A stretch of 64,000 bases of DNA from an uncultured Alphaproteobacteria bacterium (GCA_964404255.1 CAYOJJ010000006.1:11567-75566), one strand, 5' to 3'. Positions 9,990 through 21,262 are shown, counted from the stretch's first letter. Notes: generated from the sequence alone by a model not told the origin. A program made the numbers and translations.

Positions 9990-11320
9990 AGTTTCGTTCG
10001 ATCCTTTGCCTGCTGCTTATAGCCGCGACCGCTACAGCTCAAAAGAAACGCACGGTTGTGCCGGATAAAATGCCAATGGCAGGCATTAAGCAGCAACCGG
10101 TCTATTCGCTCGATATTGCAAGGCCTATTGAGCTGTTCGACGCCAATCCTACCGGCAGCCTATGGTATTTCGTCGATGAGTTCGGTCTCTTAAAAACGAT
10201 CACGATCAATGGCAAAACGATCGAGCGGCAGTTCAATGAAATTCCCGTGCTATCGACCCGCCTTTCTCCAAATGGGAAGTATGTGATCTGGACGGGCTTC
10301 GATCGTAAGATCGATGAAGAAGGATTTAATACCACGCTGACAACACTGTATCGCTGTGATGGGAAAAGCTGCGATTCCATCGGTTCTTTTACCAGCGATT
10401 TCGCTCAGTTGTATTTTACACCAAACGGAGATCATTGGGCGGCTACATTGCCGGCGGCAAATGTACTGCAGGAAGGGCTGCGCGATGTTGTAATCGTCGA
10501 TGGAAAGATCGTTGCCAAGGGTAATGCTAATCCCAGGAAATTTACTTTCAGCAGCAATGGTAAAGACTGGGCCTATCGTTCGGATAATGGTAAAGAAGAA
10601 AATCTTATCACTTCGAAGGGCAACCATCTGCTCTATACCAAACTTTCCGATAACCCCTATAATGGTACCACAGAGCCGATGATCATCCGCTTTTCGCCCG
10701 ATACACGGCTTGGTCCTAATACGCTCGATGGCCGCGATTACGATTGGGATATCCGTCATGTTGCTACGATGTATCAAACCTCGTATCAACGCGGCGCCGA
10801 AGATACGGCATTGAAATACATTGTGTTCAACGGAAAGCGGCAGCTCTCCTCGCGCTGGATTAAAGATGTACAGATCGATTCGGCCGGCAAGCATATTACC
10901 TACTTTGCCTGCGATACGGCTGAGCAATGGAAGAAAAACAAAAAAGGTAACCGGGCTCTCGTCGTTCGTGATGGTAAAGTGATTGCCGGTCCGTATGACG
11001 ATGCATGGCGAATGTTTTTAAGCGAAAGCGGAGAGCATACGGCCTGGACGGTCATTACCGATTCGAGCGTTTATTTTTATCTCGATGGAAAGAAGATCGA
11101 GCAGGTTGGAGAATTTTTCAAGATCATTTGGTCGCCGAACGAACAACAGTATGCCTATGCAACGACGGACGATCACGATAAAGTCTATGTCGTGGCCGGC
11201 GGAAAACGCTCGCCTTCATTCGATATGATCGGAAAGATCGGTTTTACGGCCGATGGAAAAGCGATCGAGTATCTTGCCGTTAAGTACGATAAAATACTGC
11301 ATGTTACCCAACAGTTGTAA
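9986..11320 (+). CDS. Secreted hypothetical protein
   Basis: Signal peptide MKFRSILCLLLIAATATAQ and an ATGA overlap with the glycosyltransferase gene. Preferred over the antisense ORF 10250-10927. Confidence 0.55.
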   Translation: MKFRSILCLLLIAATATAQKKRTVVPDKMPMAGIKQQPVYSLDIARPIELFDANPTGSLWYFVDEFGLLKTITINGKTIERQFNEIPVLSTRLSPNGKYVIWTGFDRKIDEEGFNTTLTTLYRCDGKSCDSIGSFTSDFAQLYFTPNGDHWAATLPAANVLQEGLRDVVIVDGKIVAKGNANPRKFTFSSNGKDWAYRSDNGKEENLITSKGNHLLYTKLSDNPYNGTTEPMIIRFSPDTRLGPNTLDGRDYDWDIRHVATMYQTSYQRGAEDTALKYIVFNGKRQLSSRWIKDVQIDSAGKHITYFACDTAEQWKKNKKGNRALVVRDGKVIAGPYDDAWRMFLSESGEHTAWTVITDSSVYFYLDGKKIEQVGEFFKIIWSPNEQQYAYATTDDHDKVYVVAGGKRSPSFDMIGKIGFTADGKAIEYLAVKYDKILHVTQQL

Positions 11321-11329
11321 CTTTGCAGA

Positions 11330-11833
11330 GTGAGTACTATCTCTCGTAGTATATCGATCGTTGTTCTGCTTAGTCTTATCCTGACGAGCAGTATTCTTTT
11401 TTCAATGGAAAAAAAGAAGGGGTATCAGGTCCCGCGTCCGGTGATCGGCGGCCTGCATATCGGGATGTCGCAGGATTCCGTCGATATTGTTCTGAAAAAG
11501 TTGGCGCTAAGAAAAAACACGTTTCGCCTGGATTCCTTCCAGTATGTTGAATCCGATAGTGTAAGGATTTTTTCCGAACCGGCCTATCTGCGCATCGCCT
11601 TGCTTCATGGAAGAGTACGCACCTTGGTCATAAATTATCATCCGCTTTCCGGCGATCATTACCTCAATACCCGGGATATGGTACAGCAGTATCTGGAGCA
11701 ATATTTCGGCCGGGGAGTAATTACCAGAGATCAAAGTGTGGTCTATCGCCGTTGGGAAAATGAAGACGGAACGATGGAGGTCTCCTTTACCGATAAATAT
11801 ATGCGGGTCTTTATGCGGCTCGGCAAGTGGTGA
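11330..11833 (+). CDS. Hypothetical membrane/secreted protein
   Basis: 167-aa ORF with an N-terminal hydrophobic segment, directly following the previous gene. Confidence 0.45.
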   Translation: MSTISRSISIVVLLSLILTSSILFSMEKKKGYQVPRPVIGGLHIGMSQDSVDIVLKKLALRKNTFRLDSFQYVESDSVRIFSEPAYLRIALLHGRVRTLVINYHPLSGDHYLNTRDMVQQYLEQYFGRGVITRDQSVVYRRWENEDGTMEVSFTDKYMRVFMRLGKW

Positions 11834-12469
11834 TCAGCCTGCCTTCTTTGAGCCGGGATGCGGCTTGAAATCCGTACCATAAAAAGGATCGAGCAACGTA
11901 TATCCTTGTCCTTCATGCGATAGAGTGAGCTCTCCGAGCACTGCAAGGTCTATCGTCACCAGAGCCAGCTCAATAGGAAGATTCGCAATAGGCTCGAATG
12001 CCGCAATCGTTTTCACGGATTGTAACTCTTCCTTCTTGTGCAGGGTGATCTTCTCTTCAGCACCAACGGCCGCATAATATACCGAACCGGGTTCGTATCC
12101 CGGAGTGATCAATGCCGAGAAATGTTGCTCCGGCAACTGCAGTGCCACACAGGCAGCAAGCCACTGATGAGCAAGGATCGGGACAAGCTCGCAATGAGCC
12201 CCGTAGGCTATTCCTTTGGCAAAGGCAAGGCCGATACGTAAGCCGGTGAATGAACCCGGGCCATTAATAAAACCGATGCGTGAAATATCTCGAGCAGTTA
12301 TACCTTCTTTATGCAGCAGGGTATCGACCGTTACCGCCAGCATCGTATCATGGACTCCACGCTCGCTTGCACTGGCGATATAATGAAATTCCTGCTTCAT
12401 TGTTCGAAGCGCAGGATCATATAGCCCGCAGTGCAGGTCCTTGCCGGATGTATCGAAGAGCAGGATCAT
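11834..12469 (-). CDS. tsaB: tRNA threonylcarbamoyladenosine biosynthesis protein TsaB (YeaZ)
   Basis: MILLFDTSGKDLHCGLY N-terminus. The start is taken at the internal Met immediately after the tsaE stop. Confidence 0.7.
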   Translation of the reverse strand: MILLFDTSGKDLHCGLYDPALRTMKQEFHYIASASERGVHDTMLAVTVDTLLHKEGITARDISRIGFINGPGSFTGLRIGLAFAKGIAYGAHCELVPILAHQWLAACVALQLPEQHFSALITPGYEPGSVYYAAVGAEEKITLHKKEELQSVKTIAAFEPIANLPIELALVTIDLAVLGELTLSHEGQGYTLLDPFYGTDFKPHPGSKKAG

Positions 12470-12921
12470 GGAAGCTGGTTCAGTACGATCGTTCGTTCGG
12501 TAGGCGATATTTCTTTCAAGAGTATTTCCAAGCGGTGCTCTGGCAAAAAGCTTTCTATTCTCTCCGGCCATTCGATAACGGAAATATTTCCTGCCGGGTA
12601 TAAATACTCTTCCACTCCGAGCTGTAATAATTCTTCTTCATTTTCGAAGCGATAGCAATCAAGATGAAAGAGCAGGAAGGGCGTTCCATCAGGATGGTGA
12701 GCTTCGTATTCATTGGCAAGTGCAAAGGTCGGTGAAGAAATATCTTCGCCCTGAAGGCCGAAGGCTTCGGCGATACCTTTGGTAAGCTGGGTTTTGCCCG
12801 TGCCGAGTTCGCCGCGAAGTACTACAATGATGCCGCCGTTAAGCCATTGCAGGCCGATCTCTTTGCCGATCGAAATAGTCTCTTCGACGCTATGGCTGAT
12901 ATATGATGCCAACTGGCTCAC
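12466..12921 (-). CDS. tsaE: tRNA threonylcarbamoyladenosine biosynthesis ATPase TsaE (YjeE)
   Basis: Walker A GELGTGKT. Its start overlaps the upstream hydrolase stop by 4 nt. Confidence 0.8.
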   Translation of the reverse strand: MSQLASYISHSVEETISIGKEIGLQWLNGGIIVVLRGELGTGKTQLTKGIAEAFGLQGEDISSPTFALANEYEAHHPDGTPFLLFHLDCYRFENEEELLQLGVEEYLYPAGNISVIEWPERIESFLPEHRLEILLKEISPTERTIVLNQLP

Positions 12922-14231
12922 TTACTCTTCACCCAGCCTGCTATCGTTGCTACTACTTCCTCGGAGACATTGCCGGCCTCATTATAATCGGTAAAAGTCC
13001 CGTGGCCCGGCATAAAAAGGTGGTAGAGGCCTTCATATAATTGGAACGTAGCATTATTATTATCGAGCAATGCTTCTTTCCATGTTCTGAAATCTTTCGG
13101 CCCCACTTGGTAATCGCGATCGCCTTGTAAAAAGAGCATCGGCAGTGTTAATTTTTTGGCGGTAGCTATCTGATCGTAGTTGTTAAGATAATTCCAATAG
13201 GAAGCGGGGACTCCGAGCAGGCGTGAAGGCGGTGTATCATCGGTATAAGATTTTGCTTTAATGGTTGCAACATCTTTCCTGATCGTCTCGATAATAGAAT
13301 CGGCGTCATGCTTCGTTGTTTGCTGCGGCAGGAGAAATTCCTGCTGGTCGAGCGTTACATCTTCAAAATGGCGGGCCGGCGCTGCCATTAGGATAATGCC
13401 CTTAAGATGGCCATCGAGCGTGGCAAGACGCGGAGCAAGGAATGCGCCCAAGCTATGGCCGAGCAGAAATACTTTTGACGTATCTACTTCATGGAGCGAG
13501 CGTGCCAATCGAATAGCGCTAAGGGCATCGTCGGTGACTTCTTCTTTCGGTGTCATGTGGCCGAGATCCGGCAGTGAGACCCCATAAACAAAAGTGCGCT
13601 TATCGTAGCGGATCGAGGCAATACCCATCGAAGCAAGGCCGAGGGCAAGATCTTTGAATGGTTTATTTGCTTTTATAGTCTCATCTTTATCTGTTGGCCC
13701 GCTGCCATGAACAAAGACGACGACAGGCGGTTTTGAGACATTCTTTGGGAGAGTCAAAATCCCGGGAAGCTTAAAGGTATCGGTGATGATGGTGATGGGT
13801 CTTTCGATCACCTGGCTTTCGGAAGCGTAGGACGGTATCTTATACTTATGCTTGATCGTCGGCTGTGTTAAAAAAAAGCCGATCAGTTTTTTTGTTTTCG
13901 GACTAAAGACACATTTATAATCGGCCTCCATATTCTCGAACGAGCAGCCGAGCAGTACAGTATAATACACTACACTATTTTCGAATGAAGCATCCAGTTG
14001 AGACTTAAAGCGGCCGGTTGTTTCATGAATCTTATCGAATGCCTGCTGGAGGTTTCCTTCGCTCAGCACAGAGCGTACCGAAGAGTCGATGTAATACGTG
14101 CAGCCCCTGAAGTTTTTTCCTTCAAAGTAGTGCACAAACTCCTTAGCCGTTTGAATACATTCTTCTTCCTGTGTCCATGCTGCGCTGCTAAGACAGCACA
14201 GAAGCAGCACGGCCGTTACCCATATCCTCAT
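12918..14231 (-). CDS. Secreted alpha/beta-hydrolase (S9/dienelactone hydrolase-like)
   Basis: Signal peptide, a GHSLGA nucleophile elbow and HGSGPTDKDE. Confidence 0.7.
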   Translation of the reverse strand: MRIWVTAVLLLCCLSSAAWTQEEECIQTAKEFVHYFEGKNFRGCTYYIDSSVRSVLSEGNLQQAFDKIHETTGRFKSQLDASFENSVVYYTVLLGCSFENMEADYKCVFSPKTKKLIGFFLTQPTIKHKYKIPSYASESQVIERPITIITDTFKLPGILTLPKNVSKPPVVVFVHGSGPTDKDETIKANKPFKDLALGLASMGIASIRYDKRTFVYGVSLPDLGHMTPKEEVTDDALSAIRLARSLHEVDTSKVFLLGHSLGAFLAPRLATLDGHLKGIILMAAPARHFEDVTLDQQEFLLPQQTTKHDADSIIETIRKDVATIKAKSYTDDTPPSRLLGVPASYWNYLNNYDQIATAKKLTLPMLFLQGDRDYQVGPKDFRTWKEALLDNNNATFQLYEGLYHLFMPGHGTFTDYNEAGNVSEEVVATIAGWVKSK

Positions 14232-15823
14232 TTCGGTTCGAGCGTTATTACCGGCAGAATGGATTCTTCCATCGAGATACCGCCATGCTGGAAGGTATCC
14301 TTATAATGATTGAGAAACTTGTGGTAATCCGTCGGATAGACGAAATAGTAGTCTTCTTTTGCAATGATATAGTTGGTCGTTACGGCGCGGGAAGGGAGTT
14401 TGAATTCCTCGGGCTTCTTAATAAGCATGGCCTGCTTATCTTCTGCTTTTACATTGCGGCCGTATTTATAGCGGAGGCTGGTTGAGGTTTCGCGATCTCC
14501 CATAACCTTCGCACCACGCAGACTTCGGATAGAACCATGATCGGTAGTAATGACAATACTGATATTCGGTATCTGGGCCAGTGCCTTGAACATATCGTAA
14601 AGGCTCGAATGCAAGAACCACGAGCGCGTAAGCGAGCGATAGGCGCGTTCATCGGGCGCGATCTCTTTTAAGATCGGAGAATCGCTCCGGTGATGAGCCA
14701 GCATATCGACAAAATTCACTACGATAGCCGTGAGTTGATTACGGGCATAGGTAGCAATATTCTGTGTAATGCCGGCGCCGTAATCGCGGTCGATGATCTT
14801 GATATATTTTAAATCGTTATTGAGCTTGATGCGGCGGCGCTCAAGCAAAAGCTTCAGCATCTGCGCTTCGTCTTTATTTTGAGAATGTTCATCGTCACCG
14901 CTCGTCCAGGTATCGGGAAACATCTTACCGAACTCGCTCGGGAATTGGCCGCTGAAAATTGCATTGCGGGCGTAGGGGGTGGCCGAAGGAATGATGCCGA
15001 AATGATAATTGCGGGTGATCTTAAAGAGCGAAGCGATCTCACGCTCCATGATCATCCACTGATCGAGCCGCATACAATCGATCACCAAAAAGACCACATT
15101 CTTCTTTGCTTCGCGCAGATGAGGCAACAGCCATTCATCGGCAACATCGGGCGAAAGTGCCGGGCGGTTATCGGCATTATCGGTAGAATAGATCGTATTG
15201 ACCCACGATTTATAATTGCGCTCGAAAAATTTACAAAACTCGGCATTCATTTCCCGTTTTTGATCGGCGAGCGTCTGCGACAAGCCAAGATCGGGGTGCG
15301 CATCGAGCTCCATTTCCCACGCTACAAGCTTATTATACAGCTCGATCCAATCGTTGGCATTAGAAGCCATCATCAGATCGCGGGCCATTTTTGCAAATTC
15401 CTGAGTATAATCCCGTGAGACGGCCTCACTGACGATCTGCTTTCCTTCGAGAAATTTCTTGACCGCTAATAGAACCTGTGTCGGGTTTACCGGCTTGGTA
15501 AGGTAATCGGAGATCTTCTTGCCGATGGCCTGCTCCATGAGGTCTTCCTCTTCCGATTTCGTCACCATTACAATAGGGGTCGCCGGCGATTGATTCTTGA
15601 TCTCGATCAGCGTTTCGAGGCCGCCCATACCGGGCATCATCTCATCGAGAAAGATAAGATCGGCGGGGGACTCGGTATTCATGGCGATGGCATCGAGGCC
15701 ATTGGTAGCCGTGCGGACACTGTAACCGCGCTGTTCGAGCAGCAGAATATGCGGTTTTAAAAGGTCGATTTCATCATCGACCCACAAGATATTTCCTTTT
15801 GAGCTCATATAGAATAATAGCAA
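14228..15823 (-). CDS. Response-regulator receiver domain fused to PglZ/alkaline-phosphatase-like domain
   Basis: N-terminal receiver (ILWVDDE...FLDEMMPGMGG) followed by a ~400-aa PglZ-like region. Confidence 0.7.
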   Translation of the reverse strand: MLLFYMSSKGNILWVDDEIDLLKPHILLLEQRGYSVRTATNGLDAIAMNTESPADLIFLDEMMPGMGGLETLIEIKNQSPATPIVMVTKSEEEDLMEQAIGKKISDYLTKPVNPTQVLLAVKKFLEGKQIVSEAVSRDYTQEFAKMARDLMMASNANDWIELYNKLVAWEMELDAHPDLGLSQTLADQKREMNAEFCKFFERNYKSWVNTIYSTDNADNRPALSPDVADEWLLPHLREAKKNVVFLVIDCMRLDQWMIMEREIASLFKITRNYHFGIIPSATPYARNAIFSGQFPSEFGKMFPDTWTSGDDEHSQNKDEAQMLKLLLERRRIKLNNDLKYIKIIDRDYGAGITQNIATYARNQLTAIVVNFVDMLAHHRSDSPILKEIAPDERAYRSLTRSWFLHSSLYDMFKALAQIPNISIVITTDHGSIRSLRGAKVMGDRETSTSLRYKYGRNVKAEDKQAMLIKKPEEFKLPSRAVTTNYIIAKEDYYFVYPTDYHKFLNHYKDTFQHGGISMEESILPVITLEPK

Positions 15824-15922
15824 CAGAGGCAGGGCACTGAGAATTCGCTGCTTACTATAGCTGGCATCTGCTTTGCATATTTTTGTATCAATGGCTTTAT
15901 ACTATCCATCGCCCGGCGATAT

Positions 15923-17050
15923 ATGCAAGCACTAGGTTATTTTTTTCCTCGAAACTTCTCTCAAAAACTACTATTGTTGCTAATACTTATTTTCATTCGT
16001 AGCAATAGCTTTGCTAATATGGCAAATCCCGATATTCGTGGCTATCGTCTTGGGGAAGTATCCGGAGCACTGCGCCAGTTGCATATCGAGCATGAAGACC
16101 TGCGCATCGATCTTCGCCCGATCGAACAGAGCGATCCTGCCTTGGTTCGGGCAGAATATCAGATTCGTAACGATAGCAGTGAGCGGGATGTAGAACTGGT
16201 CTTTATCGGCGTGAACATGGAGCATAATACCTATCAGGTACTTTTTGACGATAAGCCGGTTTCTTTTGTAGCAGGATTCCAGGCCGATCTTCCCGATGAA
16301 TGGAAGGATCCTTCTTTGGTTGAGGACAACCGGTATATCCCTATCGATTCCTACGATAGCGAAAACCGATCGAGAGATAGGAAAAATACCCTGCGTTTTA
16401 CACTACACATCACGACCGGGAAACATCGGGTAGTTGTAACTTATAGCTCGTTAGTAGCCCATAATATTCATCAAAGGCCGGTAATAACCTGGAAGTGTCG
16501 GTACATATTGGCCCCCGCAAAACGATGGGCAAGTTTTGGTACGCTACATACAACTATACTATTGCCCCAAGGCTGGGGAAGTACTACGACTATCGAACCG
16601 GCATTTGCTCTTCAGGGAGATTCGGTGAGCGCCGAGTCCAAAGGGGTTCCGGCCGATTTTATTACTATAGAGACCTACCATCCTGCAGGAATACTTATGT
16701 TTATTGCTCAGGTATTAGAAAGCTGGGTGTCGCTTATCGGTTTTGCTATTTTACTGGGATGGTATGGAATTCGCCTTGGTAGGCGAAATGGAGAAACCAA
16801 GCGATCGTTTGGAAGAAATCTGCTTAGTATATTCCTTTTTTCAACTACTGCCACTATCGCATACCTTTTTATAATGCTGGCTGGTGCTCAGGCTCTTATT
16901 GAGATGGAGGCAGGTGAAATACAGATTGCCCGCCTGCATAATTATGGCAGCTTTATGATCGTTCTTGCTCTGCCGTTTATTATTCCAATTGAAATGCTTT
17001 TTATCGGAGGTATTGCAAGTTTGCAATATAAAGCCGCGCCAAAGGAGTAA
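15923..17050 (+). CDS. Hypothetical membrane protein
   Basis: 375-aa ORF with an N-terminal signal/TM segment and four C-terminal TM segments. Confidence 0.5.
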   Translation: MQALGYFFPRNFSQKLLLLLILIFIRSNSFANMANPDIRGYRLGEVSGALRQLHIEHEDLRIDLRPIEQSDPALVRAEYQIRNDSSERDVELVFIGVNMEHNTYQVLFDDKPVSFVAGFQADLPDEWKDPSLVEDNRYIPIDSYDSENRSRDRKNTLRFTLHITTGKHRVVVTYSSLVAHNIHQRPVITWKCRYILAPAKRWASFGTLHTTILLPQGWGSTTTIEPAFALQGDSVSAESKGVPADFITIETYHPAGILMFIAQVLESWVSLIGFAILLGWYGIRLGRRNGETKRSFGRNLLSIFLFSTTATIAYLFIMLAGAQALIEMEAGEIQIARLHNYGSFMIVLALPFIIPIEMLFIGGIASLQYKAAPKE

Positions 17051-17077
17051 AGACAAAGTACCATTTATATTTGTAGT

Positions 17078-17761
17078 ATGACAACGATAACTCCGACTGA
17101 AGAAGAATTCGATGCTCCCGATGAGTGGCAGCAACTTGCCGATACATGCCTTCATTCATTAAAAGCGCATGGCTGCAGCGTGAAGCTCGAAGATACCGGC
17201 ATACTTGAGGCCATGCCATTATCGGAATGGAGCATCTTTCAGGAATATAACCGGCTTATTCCGATCTTTACTATTCGCTTTATTGACTACCAGAAGGCAG
17301 AGCTATCTATCTGCACGGCGAATGTATCTCTTCCTACGATAAAGGCTTATACGGCTCCTAATATGCTCTTTACTTCCGAAGTGAGTGATTTGACAGAGTT
17401 ACATTCCGATATTTCCGATGCGCGCCTTTATTGTGTTCTGGCTATGACAAACGATCCGGGACCGCTGTATATCGAACCCCTCGATCTCGAAGGTTCTATT
17501 TCGAATCTGTTTCATAGGTCGTCCCTGGATATCGAAGGCTTCGGCGAGTTTACCAAGCACTACCATGTAGATATCGGCCAACCGGAAATAGCTCAGGAAG
17601 TTCTGACTCCTTATTTTTTCGAAGTAATACGCGATCTCGGCCCCATTCATATCGAGATCAATAATGGATGGCTCATAGCCGGTTATAAAACGCCCGCTAC
17701 CGCCGAACAGGCAACATTGCTGGGATCATTTGTCCAGGCCGTTGCAACGGCGAAAGAATAG
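17078..17761 (+). CDS. Hypothetical protein
   Basis: 227-aa ORF with no recognisable motif. Confidence 0.45.
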   Translation: MTTITPTEEEFDAPDEWQQLADTCLHSLKAHGCSVKLEDTGILEAMPLSEWSIFQEYNRLIPIFTIRFIDYQKAELSICTANVSLPTIKAYTAPNMLFTSEVSDLTELHSDISDARLYCVLAMTNDPGPLYIEPLDLEGSISNLFHRSSLDIEGFGEFTKHYHVDIGQPEIAQEVLTPYFFEVIRDLGPIHIEINNGWLIAGYKTPATAEQATLLGSFVQAVATAKE

Positions 17762-17767
17762 ACCGGT

Positions 17768-18166
17768 TTAAAATCCCCGGGCTATTGATTCCTGATGAAA
17801 TGCCCGAAGCGCTTCGGCTTCGCCGGCAATGCCATATTGTTTTATATCGATAATCTTATCGTCAGCAAGTGTTACGATACAATAGCTTTTCGTCTCATGC
17901 CAGCGAGGGCCTTTACGAAGCTTATCGATGAGATCGATCCGATAGGTATCGTCGCTTTCTTGAGAAACCTTCGACGAATAACTAACTTCATCGAAGTATC
18001 TCAGATACCCTAAATGATTTCGCTGGAAAATATTGGCAATGACGGTATTGCCCTGGTATTTCCCTTCGTCATATTGATAAGTACAATCATCGGATAATAA
18101 TTGCCCTGCCTCGGTGAATTGCTGTTTATCAAGCAGTGTTGCAAAAGAAGTAACGGTAGTATTCAT
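17768..18166 (-). CDS. Hypothetical protein (SnoaL/NTF2-like?)
   Basis: 132-aa ORF with only weak NTF2-like character. Confidence 0.4.
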   Translation of the reverse strand: MNTTVTSFATLLDKQQFTEAGQLLSDDCTYQYDEGKYQGNTVIANIFQRNHLGYLRYFDEVSYSSKVSQESDDTYRIDLIDKLRKGPRWHETKSYCIVTLADDKIIDIKQYGIAGEAEALRAFHQESIARGF

Positions 18167-18181
18167 AAGTGCAAGAAGTTA

Positions 18182-18736
18182 TTAGAACACAAGATAAAAT
18201 TTCCCATGCGTGAGGGTAATGGTATTGCCGGCCGAATCCTTCAGAGTGCCACCAAAGACCCCGAAGAGCGAATCAAAATGGGAATCTGAGAATCGCTGTA
18301 TGGTAGTAAGTCCCCCCGTGGATCGGTATTCGACCAAATGACCATCTCCGGCTGCCGGCACTTTGATCCTGCAACCCATTGCGGTCGAGTCGGTCCAAAG
18401 GTCTCCCCAGGTTGTTGTGCCGCTTGATATTCCTTTCAAGATCAAAGTGAAAGAGATGACGTTCGGGCCATCGATATCTGTGGGCGAGTCGGTATAACGT
18501 TTCTCACAAATTACCCTGTCGGAATAGGTCGATAGCAAAGTGGCCGATCCACCCTTGCCTACGCTATCTCCATCGAATAACGTATTGTCAAAGCCATTAC
18601 CATTGAGTACAAATTGATCTTTGTGGGTGAAAGTGATGGGATCGAGCGGAGTAGAGGAAGTAGGTTGAGTACTACTATCCGAGCATGCCACGAACAAGAC
18701 CGAAATCACTAATAATAGAAGAGGAGATATTTTCAT
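18182..18736 (-). CDS. Lipoprotein, hypothetical
   Basis: Lipoprotein signal [20 protein letters not shown]. Confidence 0.5.
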   Translation of the reverse strand: MKISPLLLLVISVLFVACSDSSTQPTSSTPLDPITFTHKDQFVLNGNGFDNTLFDGDSVGKGGSATLLSTYSDRVICEKRYTDSPTDIDGPNVISFTLILKGISSGTTTWGDLWTDSTAMGCRIKVPAAGDGHLVEYRSTGGLTTIQRFSDSHFDSLFGVFGGTLKDSAGNTITLTHGKFYLVF

Positions 18737-18838
18737 GATGGTAGTTGCCTTAGCAAAATAACGCCCCGGCTGCTTCTAATGGTTCGCGGAACTCCGATTC
18801 GCCTTTCACCCTTATATCCTAACTATTTTAATACAGTT

Positions 18839-20323
18839 ATGGCTGACGATAAGAAATTGACCACCCGTGCCGAGGATTTCAGTGCCTGGTACAATGAATT
18901 AGTAGAAAAAGCTCAATTAGCCGAGCATGCTCCGGTGCGTGGTTGTATGGTTATCCGTCCGAACGGATATGGCATTTGGGAGTTGATCCAACGTAACCTT
19001 GATCAAATGTTCAAGGATACCGGGCATGAGAATGCCTATTTCCCGCTGCTCATCCCGCAGTCCTATATTACCAAGGAAGCCGAGCACGTCGAAGGGTTTG
19101 CGCCTGAATTGGCCGTTGTTACTCATGGCGGCGGTAAAGAGCTCGACGAGCCGCTCGTTATCCGTCCGACCTCAGAGACGATCATTTACTCGATGTACGC
19201 CAAGTGGGTACAGAGCTATCGCGACCTGCCGATTCTTATGAATCAGTGGGCAAACGTTATGCGCTGGGAAATGCGCACGCGCCTGTTTTTGCGTACCGCA
19301 GAATTCCTTTGGCAGGAAGGGCATACGGCGCATGAAACCGAGGCCGATGCCGAAGAAGAAACGCTGAAGATGCTTGGCGTCTATCGTACTTTTGCCGAAG
19401 AATATATGGCAATGCCCGTTATCACCGGTCAAAAGACCGATAGCGAAAAATTTGCCGGTGCGCTTCGCACCTATTCTATCGAAGCGATGATGCAGGATAA
19501 TAAAGCATTGCAAGCCGGTACGAGCCATAACCTCGGTCAGAATTTTGCAAAAGGATTCGATCTGCAATTCCAGGCACGCGACGGCTCGTTGCAGTATGCC
19601 TGGAATACATCGTGGGGTGTTTCGACCCGGCTTATCGGCGGGCTTATCATGACACACTCCGACGATACCGGACTTGTGCTGCCTCCCCGCCTTGCCCCGA
19701 CGGTGGCAGTGATCGTCCCCATCTATAAAACAGATGAAGAAAAGGCGACCGTCATGCAGGCAGCCGATACGATCTATGCCGATCTTAAACAAAAAGGCTT
19801 CCGCGTGAAGATCGATCTGCGCGATACGCTTTCGCCCGGTGCGAAATATTATGAGTGGGAAATGAAAGGCGTACCGTTTAGAATTGAGATCGGGCCGAAA
19901 GATGTAGCTAATCGTACCGTCGTGATGGTGCCTCGTGTTACGATCGAAAGCCGCGAAGAACCGAAGCCCGGTAAGAAACAAAAGTTATTTGTCAATATGG
20001 ATTCGCTTTGCGATACTATTGAAGATCTTGCAGGTGAACTTCAGGCGCAGCTTTTCAAGAATGCCAAAGCACGCCGTGAAGCTAATTCGATTCGCGGAGT
20101 AACGAGCTTCGATGAAATGAAAGAGATTCTTTCTAAAGATGGTGGCTTTGTTTATGCCGGCTGGAATGGTAACCCTGCAACGGAAACCATTGTCAAAGAC
20201 ACAACAAAAGCAACGATTCGGTGTATTCCTTCGGAAGAATTCAGAAGCCCCACAATGCCTGCAAAATGCATTGTAACCGGCGAACCCGCCAAGTATGAGG
20301 TGATCTGGTCTAAAGCGTACTAA
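18839..20323 (+). CDS. proS: Proline--tRNA ligase (archaeal/eukaryotic-type class II)
   Basis: [29 protein letters not shown]...[15 protein letters not shown]. The start is taken at internal Met 18839. Confidence 0.9.
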   Translation: MADDKKLTTRAEDFSAWYNELVEKAQLAEHAPVRGCMVIRPNGYGIWELIQRNLDQMFKDTGHENAYFPLLIPQSYITKEAEHVEGFAPELAVVTHGGGKELDEPLVIRPTSETIIYSMYAKWVQSYRDLPILMNQWANVMRWEMRTRLFLRTAEFLWQEGHTAHETEADAEEETLKMLGVYRTFAEEYMAMPVITGQKTDSEKFAGALRTYSIEAMMQDNKALQAGTSHNLGQNFAKGFDLQFQARDGSLQYAWNTSWGVSTRLIGGLIMTHSDDTGLVLPPRLAPTVAVIVPIYKTDEEKATVMQAADTIYADLKQKGFRVKIDLRDTLSPGAKYYEWEMKGVPFRIEIGPKDVANRTVVMVPRVTIESREEPKPGKKQKLFVNMDSLCDTIEDLAGELQAQLFKNAKARREANSIRGVTSFDEMKEILSKDGGFVYAGWNGNPATETIVKDTTKATIRCIPSEEFRSPTMPAKCIVTGEPAKYEVIWSKAY

Positions 20324-20336
20324 TCGCTACGGTACG

Positions 20337-21182
20337 TTATTTTCTGCCGTACAGTATAAGCGTACTTGAAGGCAGGGCAATATTTCCATCGGGATAGGTT
20401 CGGTCGATAGTTTCGATCACATCCCGATGGATCTTTTGACGACCTTCTTCATCGGTCATTGCAAGTGCTGAGACAAATGGCCCTACGCACTGCGATGTAA
20501 AATTCCAATACGTCTCGGCAGCGTCGCACTGCAAGGCACCTGCAATTTCAATTTCCGAAATATCCTTTAAGCCGTTCTGCCTAAATAGTTCGGCAAACTT
20601 GCCGGGGGCGGCGCATCGAAACATCGAAGGGGCGCCCGGCGGCGGTGTTGGCAATTCGACTTGCCTGGCAGCGGCATCCAAAACTGTCTTAACCCAAAAA
20701 TTCTTTTCTGGCCCAAGCCACACTGCCGCTGCAAGCCGTCCTCCGGGTTTCAGGACCCGAATCATTTCCCGCACCGCGAGATCCATATCGGGGAAGAACA
20801 TAAAGCCGTAGCGGCAGCTAATGACATCGAAGGTGTTATCTGCAAATGGCAATGCTGAAATATCCGCTACGCAGGTTTCAAAGTTAGCAATTCCCTTGGC
20901 AGCGGCACGTTCGCTCGCTATCGCAAGCATCTCTTCTGCAAGATCGGCACTGACCACTTTCCCTCCGCTTAGCATTGGGGCAATCGTAAGACCCGGCTCA
21001 CCGGTTCCGGCAGCAATATCAAGGACAACATCGTTTCCATGCGGAGCTAATAGGCGGATCATTTCATCGCCGACGGGTCCGAGGAATTCCATCATCAAGC
21101 TATCCCATCGTTTCCAACCGGCCGATGATTTATTCCATGAATCCTTCTGCTGCTGGCTGATCTGTTCCAATTGCGATGTCAT
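20337..21182 (-). CDS. Class I SAM-dependent methyltransferase
   Basis: Motif I VLDIAAGTGEPG. Confidence 0.75.
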   Translation of the reverse strand: MTSQLEQISQQQKDSWNKSSAGWKRWDSLMMEFLGPVGDEMIRLLAPHGNDVVLDIAAGTGEPGLTIAPMLSGGKVVSADLAEEMLAIASERAAAKGIANFETCVADISALPFADNTFDVISCRYGFMFFPDMDLAVREMIRVLKPGGRLAAAVWLGPEKNFWVKTVLDAAARQVELPTPPPGAPSMFRCAAPGKFAELFRQNGLKDISEIEIAGALQCDAAETYWNFTSQCVGPFVSALAMTDEEGRQKIHRDVIETIDRTYPDGNIALPSSTLILYGRK

Positions 21183-21262
21183 TGCGCTGCGGTATAATTA
21201 TTAATTACGGTACGACAAAGTTACGACGAATTGGAAACGAATGGCGATCTACTTTCGGATTT

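Noticed and set aside
10250-10927. 225-aa minus-strand ORF
   Set aside because: It is fully embedded antisense within the 444-aa + strand secreted protein gene, which has a clean signal peptide and is translationally coupled to its neighbour.
19172-19981. 269-aa minus-strand ORF
   Set aside because: It is antisense to proS, which is strongly supported by class II aaRS motifs.
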